The translations under genes were made by a program, and so were the position numbers. A stretch of 64,000 bases of DNA from Raillietiella orientalis (taxonomy: Eukaryota), in assembly GCA_036172245.1 (NCBI GenBank), contig JAYWIR010000019.1, positions 124,001-188,000 of the forward strand, in the 5' to 3' direction. Below the pieces are notes generated by a model that searched no databases, was not told where the DNA came from, and worked only from the letters and a program-made list of their open reading frames with translations. Positions 1 to 12,339 of this stretch are shown piece by piece; within the stretch, counting starts at the first letter, position 1; every line of letters begins with the position of its first letter.

Positions 1-1169
1 GATTCCCTTGGGTGAGGTCCGACATCCGGATGCCGGGCGCGAGTTCCGCTCCGGGAAATTTCCCAGCCTCGTCTCGCCTCAAGGAGCCCGCAGGATCTCG
101 GGGATGGCAACGGGCACACGGCAGGAGGCCAGGAGTCTCAGCCTCGGCAACGAACGCGCGCCAGGGATTTTCCGGAAGGTTTCCGGGAGACGAGGGAGGG
201 GTGCATCGGAAAGCGGTTCCCGAACCGGAGGGGGTACGCGAGCAGCGACCGGCGCAGCGCAGTCCGTGCCGACGGCCCCCTCGGACGCGCGCGTGCGCGC
301 ACGCTCGCTCGCGAACAAGCGCGAAATCTTCACTGCCAGCGGGAAGGCGGGAGAAGACTTTCATGGGCCCTCGAGTGCGCGGACCACGGCCTGGCGACGC
401 CCGAGAACGGCGATCCGCCGCCGAGACACGCGCGGCCCGCGGGCTGTTTTGCCCGGCCTCTGTTCCTTCCTTCCCCCCCCCCCTCTCTTCTTCTCGCCCC
501 GCGAGGCGTGCCCTATCCCCTTGCGATGCCCCCTCCCCGCCTTCTCCTCCTCGAAACCCACCGTTTGTCGGCCGCCCCGCGCGTGAAATCGGCAATTTCT
601 CGCCGCGGAGACGGACCTTCCTCCGAAGCGGCGGCGTCTTTCCTCCGCCGTTTATCTCTTTGGCAACGCACCGAGCGAGCGAGTTCCTCCGGAGATGATT
701 ACGGAGGTCTGCACTAGGCAGGAAGTAATTTGAATGATCCGGGGAGAGAAGAGAGAGCGGATGGACAGTCGGAATCCCTCGGGACGAGAAAACCAACTCC
801 GACCCTCCCACCTTCTCCTTCCCATTCCAGACTGAGCCATGGCCTTCTATCCGCCATGCACCTTTGGTTTCAGCTCCTCGTTGACCCCGCCCGATTATTA
901 TCATCACTATTTTCATGCCAATATGCTTGAGGAACCTGCATAGTACAAAGGTGCATATGCACATGTGAAGACTGTGTGTGTACGTAAGGTACGTTTACAC
1001 GTGAATGTGCCCTCGGCAGTGAAAGTGAGTGCGAAGCGATGTGCATTCGCGAAACGTATGTACTTATGGTGTATGTGGGGCGAACCACTGCATGCCGGCA
1101 CGCCTCACGTGGGGGGTTTGCCACAGGAGGCGAGCTGGTTCCATGGGGCTCGACCCACTCTGCAATAAG

Positions 1170-1285
1170 GCGCGGGAAGCAAAACTGACCTCGACCGGTT
1201 TCAAGGTTGTGGAAGTTCGGACGCAGCCTTGCGTCCATCCACCGAAGTCCTCTCTTGACCCCGTGAGGATGGATCCCCGGATGCC
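1170..1285 (-). repeat. Dispersed repeat core, inverted copy at 61552-61675
   Basis: AACCTTGAAA(C/T)CGGTCGAGGTCAGTTTT(T)GCT.CCCGCG and CACGGGGTCAAG...TCGGTGGA..GACGCAAGG shared. Confidence 0.8.
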
Positions 1286-2094
1286 ATCCTCAAATGGTGT
1301 TCTCCGTGTTGGTTCTCACGTGCAGTGCAGTCAGAGCAGCGTATACATTATAACATACACGCCTAATTTATATGCGTACGCTTCCCGTAATCAGCAGATT
1401 TACAATGGATCCACTTCTTCAGTGAATGAACACACCGTGGCATCATCGTACGTGCTTGTACTGCTGTGAACTACCCTTTGTTCCTTTGTCCGTGTGTGCG
1501 ATATCCAAGACGGTGTATGCAGATCGGATGCTGCAAGCGGGATGTGCACGCAGCGAGATAGGTTTTCACACGTACCTATGAGAGCAACACCCTCTTTGTA
1601 CAGTCGTCTGCCGCAAGTTCTTCCACCCGGACGTCGCTCGCTGAACCGCCGTCGGAGCCGTGGCCGCAGGCCGATTCGCGCGGTCTGCACAGTGCAGCCT
1701 GCGTCGGAAGGAAGCTGCATCCCGAAGTTCCAACCCACCTGAAACGAAGTGATGCATCCGTCGGATGCGAGCACGAGACGAGAGGGGGGGGGGGGAGTCA
1801 GCGCCTCTTTCGAAAACACCGGGCGGAAAACCTTCCCACTGTGCAGAGAACAAGTGCCACGGTGAAATACAGTCCACGGCCAGACTTGCATGTCCAGTGC
1901 TGCATTGTTCCTCCGCACAAAGAGGAAAACGCGTGGGGTCGTGGAAATGAAAGCAAAGCGGAACCTGGCCGTTTCCATTTCACCAGCAGCACAAGAGCTC
2001 GATGGTGGAAGCGTGAATCTATGAGGGCTTTCTCATTTGTTGATCTGATTTAACGCTGCCAATCGTTCCTCCTCACTCTTGCTTGACCGACCAG

Positions 2095-2765
2095 AAGCTC
2101 CCTCCGCCGCATTCGAGTAAGTTGCTGTTTGCGTGTACTGCCGTGTGTATTTGTACATGGAAGCGCAGGTTCCGTGCTCGATGACGCAAAGAGTGCAAGC
2201 CTACTTTCCGATTAGCCCTCGTCCACTGGCAAGCGGGACGGATGCAGCAGATCCGTTTGACAGCAAACGTAAGTGTTCAAGCTTGCTCTTTCGACACCTT
2301 GGCTGGTGGTGCGCCGTCGCGGCCGGCGTCTTCAGGGAGCCGCGACTTCCTTCCCGTGTTGCCGGCTGAAGGGATGCTGGGAAGATGGGATGAGGAAGGG
2401 GGTGCGTTCGGTTTCCCCGTTTCGTCCTCGAACGAATCCCGCGCGGCTTCCAGAGCGTTTGCTCCGTGAAAGACCTCGGTGAATCCGTCGCAGTCCACGC
2501 TGGCCATTCCCGGCACGTCTGGAATTCGATCTTGACGAGGAGCTCCGGCACTCCTCCACAGATGCTCACTTTTACGTCAAGTTCTCGAAGCTTGGGAAGG
2601 TGTGTGGTTCTGCAGGCTCGTTGAAACCAGTTTCCCACCTTTCGTTTTTTTTTTTTTTTTTTTCGTTTGATGAAGTGTGAATATGGATCAACAAAAGATG
2701 CCTGGGCCTTCGAGCAAAGATTCTTCGAAACACGCCCTGGCTCCTTCCAAGATTGTTTGAATTAG
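2095..2765 (+). CDS. Candidate 3' part of an unknown micro-exon gene (97 aa)
   Basis: Exons 2095-2116, 2216-2268, 2336-2401, 2454-2478, 2562-2599, 2676-2765 are phase-consistent; introns 52-99 nt, two with GTAAGT donors; no homology recognised; a competing minus-strand ORF exists at 2277-2516. Confidence 0.25.
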
Positions 2766-5700
2766 TGCTTTACGGCTTATGCATTCGTTAAGATTTCATA
2801 ACTTGGGAAACGAGTACCTTATATATGTAATTTTTGGATATGTGGGCTGTTTAAGCAGAGGTCCGTTCGCCAGCCTTTCCTTTACCTTATCGATGCAAGA
2901 ACAAGTGTCATTATTCTCACTTGCATGTGCTTGTTTCCTTTCTTATGTTTTGTTTTGTCTTTGCTAATCTTCAATTCCTTTTGATGGAGCTGTTTCAGAA
3001 AGTGAGAACCATGGCTGCAACAGTAGGCTTGACACGGAAGCCCCTCATTACACTCAGACATGTTCTTTTTTCCTTCTTTACTTTCTCTTCCTAAATCCAC
3101 CAAGTACTTGTTTACCTCTTAATTTTGCACTATACGTTCCCATGGCTGACAAGATTCTAGGCACATATGCCACGCATAACATTATGGATGTGATGATAAA
3201 ATAGCACGCAGAAGCTGAAAGGATATGCGATGCGACGTAAAACAAACAACTCGATAGACAAGCTAATGTCTCTGAACACCGAACACAGAAACGGGTGTTT
3301 CAAACGAGGAAAGCAAGGAATTGACCGAGTCCTACCAGGTTTCGCTTTCCCCTCGTTCCTGGGATTAGAAAATGCAGTTTTTTGTTGTCGTGGTTTCTGG
3401 CATCACGGAATACCGCGGTTGAATTTTCCACGAAACGCTCACGAGTGTCCGATTCCGTTTTCACTTTACGCGCCGTGTCTTACATAATTGTTCGACCAGA
3501 TTGAATGGCAACCCTGGAGGCGAGCGGGAATTTTCCCGGCTAGCGTAACAATGGCGCATGACGTAGGCGAAGCGGATTTGAATCGCGCCGAAAGTTTTTA
3601 CGCTCCGTTTCTGCTGAAAAGGTTGTTTTCCACTTCTTTTCTTTTCCTTTTTTCTCCCCCTCCCCCCACAATCTATTCCCCCTTGCAAACACCATTTACG
3701 CCACCGGAAGGTGATACTTGAACGACAACCAAGCAGCGAAACGCTGCAATCGTGAAATAACTATGTTTTTCTTTCGTTTCCTTTTTTTTTTTGCAAAAAA
3801 AAAAAAAAAAAAGAGGGAGGCAGAGAGAGAGAGAGAGAGAAAAAGAGCTTCTCCGTGCCTGAGAAATCAAGCCAGCTATCATGTACCCTGGACCCTAGCG
3901 TACATGTGTGCACGCGTACGCTGGAAAGCGTTTGCCTCTACAGTGCCATTTCAGGGATACCAGCAACCATCGCACTCATGCTTGCATTCACAATGTTCCG
4001 CTGATGCGCACATTCGTTCCACAAAAAATGTGCTTACAGTTTTTTCTTCTTCTTTTCGCTGCTGATCTGATTCTGCTCGCAAAGGAAATGGCGAAAGAAA
4101 GGGTGAGTTTTCTGAAGCGGTGGAAAAAAGGAGGAAAAAAGTTCCCGCGGCATCATCCACGCGTCCACCGGGATTGCGTGGAAGCGCAAACGGCGAACGC
4201 TTCTTCTTCGGTCATAAGATCGGGTGGTGGTGAGCAACGGGAACTTCTACGGCGGGAAGAGCTCCAGCGACAAGAAGCGTCGCTCCGTATCCGCCCGAAC
4301 GGCAGCTTCCGAGGTCCGGGACCGGTGATCGTTTTACGAGTGCTGCAAACACCTCTCGCGAACCCTCGGAGGCCTCGCACTTTCGGGAGGGCCCATCCAC
4401 TTTGTCATCTGCTTATCTCTCTCTGCCTTGCGAGGGCGCGTCCGCAGATCGGAGCCGACCTGCGGGAGGCGTAGCATGTCGTCGTGGCTCTTGAGCGCCC
4501 TGTTCTTAATTACGGGAGAGACCATTTCGGAGGAACCGCATCAGTTTTCTTTTGCTGCTCCTTTCGTTGCTGCTGCCATTCATCAGCTGGAAAGCGCGTC
4601 CACGTTGAGTAATGCTTTGAAAGAATGCAAAGACAAAGATTTGCTTTCTCTCGTGTCCCGAATAATTGGTTGTGCAAGTCATAGTTGTTTGCCTGTGTCA
4701 CATTTCGCCTGTCATCCCCAATGGGGGGACCGTTCCTCGTACAGTTCCGGCTGCCTGAATTTTTAGGTGTTTCGAAGAGATCTGATGGATCAAAAAAGCG
4801 CGTCTTTTGCCGTCCTCGTGAAGATCATAAAATGTAACACTCCTCGACCGCGGGAGCCGACTGAATTAAAGAGAAACGATTCCTCCCTCCCTTCCTCGAC
4901 TCTCTTTTCTTTGGAGCAGGTAATCTGACCACTCTAAGAGATTCACGGAGGCGTTGAAGGACTGGAGCGTGCGTAGTCGTGCGTGTAGCTGGGTCTCGTA
5001 CTCAGCAAAATGTGACGACGAATTTCTCCTCAAGGCAAACATGATCTTCGCAGTCATCAAACGAAGCTTTTCCAAAGTCTGTTAATTCAGGTTCTCCAAA
5101 GGGGAAGCGAGTTCGAACGATTCGGGGTTGAATCCAGCTTTTCCTCGATGGGTTGCCTTCGCGGAGGAGTGTTTCTTTCTTTCTTTTTCCAACCACGATC
5201 CACTCTTCCCACAGGAAACCGCCTCACTCGCTTTCCGAGAGGATCCGTGTGGATTCGTTTGCACTCCGCTTCGCTTTTTGACTGCTCGCTTTCGATTTCG
5301 TGGACGCTGCATAATTCTTGCATGGTGGTGGCCGTTGGGACATGGTCAGCCGCCTTCATCTTCCATCGGAGGAAAGGCTGCTCTCCATTCTGGCAAACAG
5401 AAAGCCAACACTACCAGAGTCGAAAAGCAGTCCTCTGAGGACAGGCACAGTGCACATTCGATGCAGTCACCTTCGATGAGGGAGACTTTTGACACAAGCA
5501 GCCCTTGATGCAGTCAACATTTTGAGAGGTAAGAGAAACCTTTTCCGACCGCGCGAAGGATGGGGGAAAAACGAGAGAGATCCATCAACTATCGGACAAA
5601 CGTTGGATGTTTCACGTGAAATCGAAGGAGAGAACGAAGCTGCCGCGTCCGAAATGTTTCCGTGGACCAATCAGCAATTTCGAGAAATCGTGGAAAATGA

Positions 5701-7400
5701 AGAGGACCGAAGGGAAGTCTCGTGCTGCGATGTCCCGACAACACCGAAGAACAAGATGGCGATCTCTAAGTTTCCTGGAATGGGAGGAGCTTCGCATCCG
5801 CGGCTTTTTCTTTGTACAACGGCGAGACTTGAAAAGAGCCACCATCACAAATGGCATCCTGAAAGGAAAGGCCGAGGAAATCCACGTTCGGCTGGGATGT
5901 GATGGGGGATTTTTGGCAAAGGATGGATGGGTGGCAGCTGAGAGCACCTCCAAGAAGAAGACGCGGCGTTGGGAACATCCGGGAAGAAACTTTCCCGCGA
6001 CGCCTCGCAGGTTCCTGTTTTCTCGGGAAGTTGGAAGAGGGGAGAGTCCATGATCTGGATGCCATCACGAACGCTCCTGTGGAGCACGCGGGAGAGAAAA
6101 CTTAGATGAGAGCGACCAAAATTTTCCAAAATTCTATATTGGCGAAGTCGTTGACCACCCGTTCAATTCAGCTCTGCAGTGGTCAGAGAGTGATGTTCTT
6201 CTCCTGAGAAGAATGCGGGAAACGGCAATTCGTGAAGAAGTTTGGATCAAATTCCATATCGTTCCATCATCATTCATGATTTTTACTCTTGTAACGTTAC
6301 TCAATTTGTTGTTCATCTGATTATAAAACTTCACGTGACTGTTCAGCAATTTGGATTCTTTTATTCCATCATCCAAAATGATTTTTTTTTTTCAATTTCG
6401 GTTACCCATCTCGGCACAATCAACGACATCCCATGAAGGCAACGTTTTTGAAATTTCGACTCCAGCAAAGGTGACCATGGCGAACGTACACTGTACCAGA
6501 AATGTTTTAAAAAGAAAGAAAGAAAGAAAAATACTGAAGCATTCGTCAGTACCGAGTGTTGGTAGTCAATCGTGTCAGTGACCGTTTGTGATGGCAAGAT
6601 AACGTGGTGTTGCGTGCATGTTACAAAAAAAAGGGGGGGGAGGGACCAGAACGCAGCAGTGTTTCTTGGAAGGGAACAAAAAGAGAACCGCCGACCCATA
6701 ATTTGAGTGGACGGATCGCGAACTGTGACCTCTGAAGCCATGGAAAATTCCAAGGCACCCCCGTCTGACGAGGTGCCCCACGACTACCGCACGTGGTGTT
6801 CTGCTTGGGGTCTGATCCTCCTCTTGTGGACGGCCGCTCGCACCGTACCACTGCCGAACTACTGCACGGTCGCCTCCTCGCGCACCAATGCGTTCCCTGG
6901 GGTCCAGATTTCAGCTGCTGCGTGAGGATCGTCGGCACGGCGAAGCGTGCGCGACCCCGTATGGAAAATTTCCCTCTTTCCGCGCGCTGCTGCTTTCGTC
7001 TCATCCGCGCAGCGATTCTCCACCTACGCGTTCCCAGCACTAGAAACAAGTCGCGCCGCCACCACCCGCCACATGCAGTGTTGCCAGGGCTTGCTTCTCG
7101 GCGCGCCGATCTAAACGCCGAAATGCTTTCCAATATTTTGGTCTTTCCCTTCAATGTTGGCATTGCGCTCGAAAAAAACAACGCAAAGCATATCGGAAAG
7201 ACCGGCCACGCTCGGTGCGTTCGAAGTCCCCGAGTGCGATGAAACTCCGAATGGACGCAGCAGTAGCTCATAGTGTTTTGGCCCGTCTAAACGCACAGAT
7301 AGATGGAAGCTTCTCATACTGGTCGTGGTGTTTTCTTCCACTGTGGCCATCGAAACTGGGCATTGCAATGCAGGGTTGCCACATTCTAGGGGGGGGGGGG

Positions 7401-7480
7401 GGTTCCGAGATGGAGCTCTGGGTGGAGAACACTCCCGCGGCGGAAGAGAAAGGCTGCGGGTTCGAATCCCGGCGGTGCAC
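7401..7480 (+). mobile_element. tRNA-derived SINE-like head (Pol III B-box)
   Basis: GCGGGTTCGAATCCCGGCGGTGC; the same 3' extension occurs at 59290-59317 and 59439-59472; no complete cloverleaf. Confidence 0.5.
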
Positions 7481-8369
7481 CCCTTCCTCCGAGGATCCCG
7501 CCTCGACGGAAGACTTTCGTGAACATCCGGCGCGGACTTTCACCTAGCAACGGGCAGGTTCGGTTCGAAAGTAGGGAAGGTGCCGCCGGTCACATGGCCA
7601 TTCCCTCTCTCGCCTGGCGCCGTTTCCATGTTTTCCCCGGACATGCATGCAACTTACCCGAGGTCGCTGATCTCCCCTTCGAACGACGTCTCCTTTTCGG
7701 TCCCTCGGGGATTCCTCGGCTCGTCGATCGCGCGCCGCCCACTTCCCGAGAAGCGCTGAGGAAGAGATCGCGCGCGCGTGGCGTGGGATACTGCCACGAG
7801 GATCGCGAGAGGTCCCGGGAGCGAACCTCACTTATCGCTTGAGGAACGGTCCGCCCATGGAAAGAAAGCCGTAGGGAACCAGTAGAGCCGGCGCCCGGCG
7901 GACGCTGACTTTGGGAACCCGGAGGCCGGGCACGTGGCGACCGCCACGCGCTCCTCCGAGCGCGCGGAGCGGCTCTGGCCGGCGGCGTGGTCGGGACGAC
8001 CGCAGCAGGGGTTACTTTGCCAGAGAGACACGGTCCCGCACCGGTCGCGAGCTCCTTCGGCTGGTCCAGTCGCAGCCCTTTCGCTCCAGAAGGACTGCAG
8101 GGTGGTCGATGCTGCCCTGAAGACACTCGTCGTTGTGGTTCTCGACTTTTTTTTTTTTTTCGCTTTTCTTTTCTTTGTTTCCCGGCGAACCAGAGAGCAC
8201 AGCGATCCTTGGAATTCCCTTGGTCCCTTGTTTCCTCGGCCCGCTGGATTTCACTCGGACTGGTCGCTCTTGGTCAGGCCGGATGATTAGTCCGGCTGGT
8301 GGAGGATCTTATCCAGATGGATGATGATGCGAGGCGCGTCCCTGCGCAAGGAGCGCTCCGGTGCTCTCT

Positions 8370-8546
8370 CCGACCGCCTCTTGACGGGCGCGCGGGGGAG
8401 CGATCGTGCTGCCACAGCCGCGAAGCGGAAACATCCGCTACCAGGTGCCGCCGTTCTCACTTCACCTAAGACTCCGCGGCCGTGAGAAATCTCCGCGGAT
8501 GGGGGAGGACACGGAAAGACGCGGGAGGCTCTCATGGGGGCAGAGG
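8370..8546 (+). repeat. 177-bp direct duplication, copy 1 (copy 2 at 10151-10327)
   Basis: Ungapped alignment, 23 mismatches in 177 nt by manual count. Confidence 0.92.
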
Positions 8547-10150
8547 AGAGCTCGTGGCATGGTTAGACTACTTGGAAGGAAAAGAAGGCGTGGGAGACGT
8601 CCATCTGGATGAGAAGCTCGGAGTTCGCGAACCACGGGGCAAAGGGCATGAGAGACGGCGGCGGCAGAGTGGGGGGTGGAAACTCCGTCTCTTTGGCACG
8701 TCAAAGGAACTTGTCCGAGGGGAAGGGGGGAGGGAGGGAGAAGGGTGGGGAAGACGCGGAACTGACTCCTCGGAAGCTGAGGTCGCACGAGGCTGTGTCC
8801 TGCTGCTGAGAGGGAAGATGGCAGGAGAAGGGACGCGTTTCCCCTGACGACCAGGCAGCGCGTTTCTTCGCGAGCTGCTTCCCGCCGCCGCTCAGCCTCT
8901 TTTTCTGGCTACTGTGGGAACACACCTATTGCCGAACTGCTCAGGGGCAGTGCCGCGCCAATAGGGGGGTGAAGGGGTGGGAGGGGGACCCATCAACCGG
9001 GAGCGCGCGCGCTCTCGTCGTCGCAGCGACGCCCTCCTGGCAAGCAGGAGAGACCGCTGCATTGTTGGAAGCGCCGGAGTGTCCGTCTGGCGGCTTTTCT
9101 CGATGGACTCTCGGGATGCATCCTGTTGCCATCGGCAGCGTGGTCCACGGTACATCTAGATCGCGTTCGGCTTCCATGGAGCCTCCACTTTCGCCACTCC
9201 CTGTCGTAGGCGTGCTGGCGGCTTCTCGTCCCGGTCCAGAGAGCGCGCCCGGTGCAATGCTGGACATTGCAAACCGCCAGACACTGCCTTTCTAGTGTTT
9301 CCCTCCTTGACTAGAAGGGAACCGGGTTCTCCGGGTCATCCTGTCCCCGGCGTTCTGGCCGTCGGCTCCGGCAAAAGCGCCGCCGCCGCCTCCTACCGGA
9401 ACCAGAGCTCCTCTGGCGGCGAAAAGCGGAAGCAGCTCCCGGAGTCCGCCTGCAACCGTCTCCGAAAGCCTTCCGATGACGCCAACGGGTTCTCTCTCGG
9501 ACGGACGGCGCGGCGGAGGCTCGACTCCTGTTCCGCGAGCGCCACCGGCTCCGGTTCCGATAGCTCCGCGGCCCGCAGGGAGCACGTTGGAAGCGGCGGG
9601 CTCTCGCGCGTTCTGTTCAGGGGGGAAAGGGCCTCGGGAAGCAGGTGTGCGTCGTCCGGCGGAGTGGGCGCCGCCCGTGGGGTCGCCAGCAGGCAGCTGC
9701 GCGTGGGGAACATAGCGGCACATCGGGGACGACGGACGAGAGTGGAAGGATCCTGGAAGCGTTCCCGAAGGCAGTAGCGCGGCGAACCCGGGCGCCAAAC
9801 GCTCGTGCACCGTTCCGGCTTCGTAGCGAGCGGATGGCGGGAAGGAAGGGGGCCAATCCGATGGCACCGTTTCCTCGCATAACAACGGCCGCAGAGGGTA
9901 CCATCGGCAGGGAAACGCTTTCCTCCTTCCCTCCTCTCTCTCCTCCTTCACCCCCCTCCCCTTCATTGCAGCACCTTCTGGGTGCTTGCTTTCGATTGCT
10001 TTCCGGGTTACGGACCCGACCGTCCCTACAGCTTCGCAGCCCTCTTCGCCCGCCCGATGGTCCCGCAGACCCGTGACCCGGACGTGCCCGTCTTCCTGTC
10101 GGATCTGCAGCGGTGGGCGCGCCCTCCAGCTCTCGGGGATCTCGCGCGTC

Positions 10151-10327
10151 CCGACCGCTTCATGGCGGGAGCGCGGGGGAGCGATCGTTCTGCCGCGGCC
10201 GCGAAGCGGAAACACCCGCTACCAGGAGCCGCCGTTCTGACGTCACCCAAGACTCCGCGGCCATGCGAAATCGCTGCGGACTGGGGAGGACACAAAAAGG
10301 CGCAGGCGGCTCTCATGGGGGCAGAGG
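10151..10327 (+). repeat. 177-bp direct duplication, copy 2
   Basis: Same segment as 8370-8546, 1781 bp downstream. Confidence 0.92.
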
Positions 10328-10800
10328 TCCCGAAGCGGACTGCACCGAGAGACATGGGTCTCCGGGGCTCGCGGCGGCTGCGGCTGTGCGAGTAGAGGAA
10401 CTTATGCACTCCGGAAATCTCCGGTGGTCGGGCCGGTCCTCAGCACGAAGGATGGCAGAGACCGGATGGTCGGTCCAGCGAACATCTTCCTTCCGTCTCG
10501 AACTTTCGGGAACCTCGTCCGTTCGGGATGCGACATGCCTTCATTAATAGGGGTCTCTCTCTCGGACGCCTCGAGTAGTACCGAGGTCTGCATGCTGGGG
10601 CTGGTCGTGACCACGACTTCCTCCGCTCGCTGGCTGCGTCTTTCGATTCGCTTGACCAAGACGACGTCCCTCCTGTGAGGAGGCGGGCACGATGTGGTTT
10701 CGAAACATCCCGTCCTTTCCAGGAGGCTGCCAGATCACCCCTGCTCCGGAGAGTCGTAGCGTCGGTAATTCTTCGAGATAGGTTCCCCGGGAAGGGACTA

Positions 10801-11069
10801 CCCTATGAATCCAAGAAGGGTTCCAGGAAGGGAGCCCGTTCCTCTCACGCTTGGGAAGGGATCTACGAAGGGAACCCTGCATCCTGGTTGTCTCCGGAGG
10901 ACTTCGAAGGGGACCGTTCGGAGACATTTTTACTTCGATTCCCGATTTTTTCTTCAAGGGAACCCAGAAAGGATCCAATATTAGTATTTTTTTTCTCCGG
11001 GGGAGACCTGCAAGGGAACCTCTCCTGTTTATTCCTCTGAAGAGAACCCAAAGGGACGCTTCCGAAATT
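10801..11069 (-). mobile_element. Dispersed non-coding repeat (MITE-like), inverted copy at 40803-41063
   Basis: Shared blocks GGAAGCGTCCCTT..GGTTCTCTTCAGAGGA, CGGAGACAACCAGG, CCCAAGCGTGAGAGGAACGG, TGGATTCATAGGG; internal AAGGG/GGAACCC motifs; no ORF. Confidence 0.75.
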
Positions 11070-11652
11070 TTACACAAGGGCGCTCTCCCCGAGGGGAGCA
11101 GCACCCTTTGCACTCTGGAGGTATCACACCAGCTCCATGGTACGAGACGGAAGGGGTCTCCCCCGAAGGGGGGTGTCCACTCCTTTGCACAACTGAAGGG
11201 GAACCCCCAATCCTTGATTCCTGGAAGGACTCGGAGGTCGATTCCCAGTCCCGGCCCCTCATCGGGGGCATCCTGTTTGAACCGCTACCGGTGCCGCACC
11301 TGAATGGAGGCCAACCAGCGTCATCTCGCGGGAGGACCTCGAACCCACTATGCATCCCCATCTTTCGGCGTCGATTCTTTCCGAGTATTCGAACCCGCGA
11401 CTCTTGGTGGTGGCGCCACGCGCGGAGACCGCAACCACGTGGTGTCCGACGCGGGAAACGTCGATGCGGCAAACGTTGCATTTTCGGGGGGCTGCAAGGC
11501 GAGACTTCTGCTTCCTCAGCTTGCGCGACTGCCACTCCTCAGCATGAGGAGGGTGGCAGTGGAGTCCGCGTGGGGGGTCGATTCCCGATGCTGGCTCCTC
11601 CACCGGCGTTTTGCTTCCAGCAGCGGCGGCGCCCTCTTCGGAAGGAGGAAGA

Positions 11653-12339
11653 ATGACGACCCACCACACGATGGAAAGCTTCATCGAGATCGTGAACAGG
11701 CTGCAAGACGTCCTCACGGCCACTGGTGTCAACCTTGCTTTGAACCTGCCGCAGATCGTGGTGGTGGGAGGTCAGAGCTCCGGAAAATCCAGCGTCCTGG
11801 AAGGGTTCGTGGGAAGGTAAGAAAAAGAAAGAAAGAAAGGGGGAAAAGGCTGGGAAGGCCTCGCAGGAAGAAGCAAACGACCGTCTGTGTTCTGAATCTC
11901 ACGTAGGGACTTCTTGCCGAGAGGCCCTGGCATCGTCACCACGAGGCCGTTGATACTGCAACTGTACAACAGTCAGGAAGGTGCGGTTACGTAGAGACCA
12001 CCACAGCGTGCATCCTCAAACATGACATTTCCAGAATACGGTCAGTTCTTGCATTCGCAGAAGAAATACACCGACTTCCGCGACATCAGAGAGGAAATAT
12101 GGGAGCAGATGAACTACGTGACGAACGTCATTTCCGATCTACCCGTGCACCTCAAAATACACTCACCGAACGGTAAAGGAAACGAAGCTCAAACACACGT
12201 CATGTGTGTTCTCTGCGCGCTGAGAACCTAACCATCTCACCTCTCTCATCCCGTGTTAGTTCTCGACTTGACTCTCGTTGACCTGCCCGGACTGATCAAA
12301 GTTCCTCTTGGTCACCAGCCTCCTGACCTGGAGATGCAG
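11653..12339 (+). CDS. Dynamin-like gene exons 1-4 (N-terminal GTPase domain, G1-G3)
   Basis: [20 protein letters not shown]...GGQSSGKS / [19 protein letters not shown] / EYGQFLH...HSPN / [16 protein letters not shown]; introns of 90, 54 and 87 nt, all GT-AG. Confidence 0.96.

Noticed and set aside
4555..4590. Hammerhead-like CTGATGA...GAAA on the minus strand
   Set aside because: The intervening sequence does not form stem II
7401..7480. Possible tRNA gene
   Set aside because: Only a T-arm/B-box is present; no acceptor, D or anticodon stems
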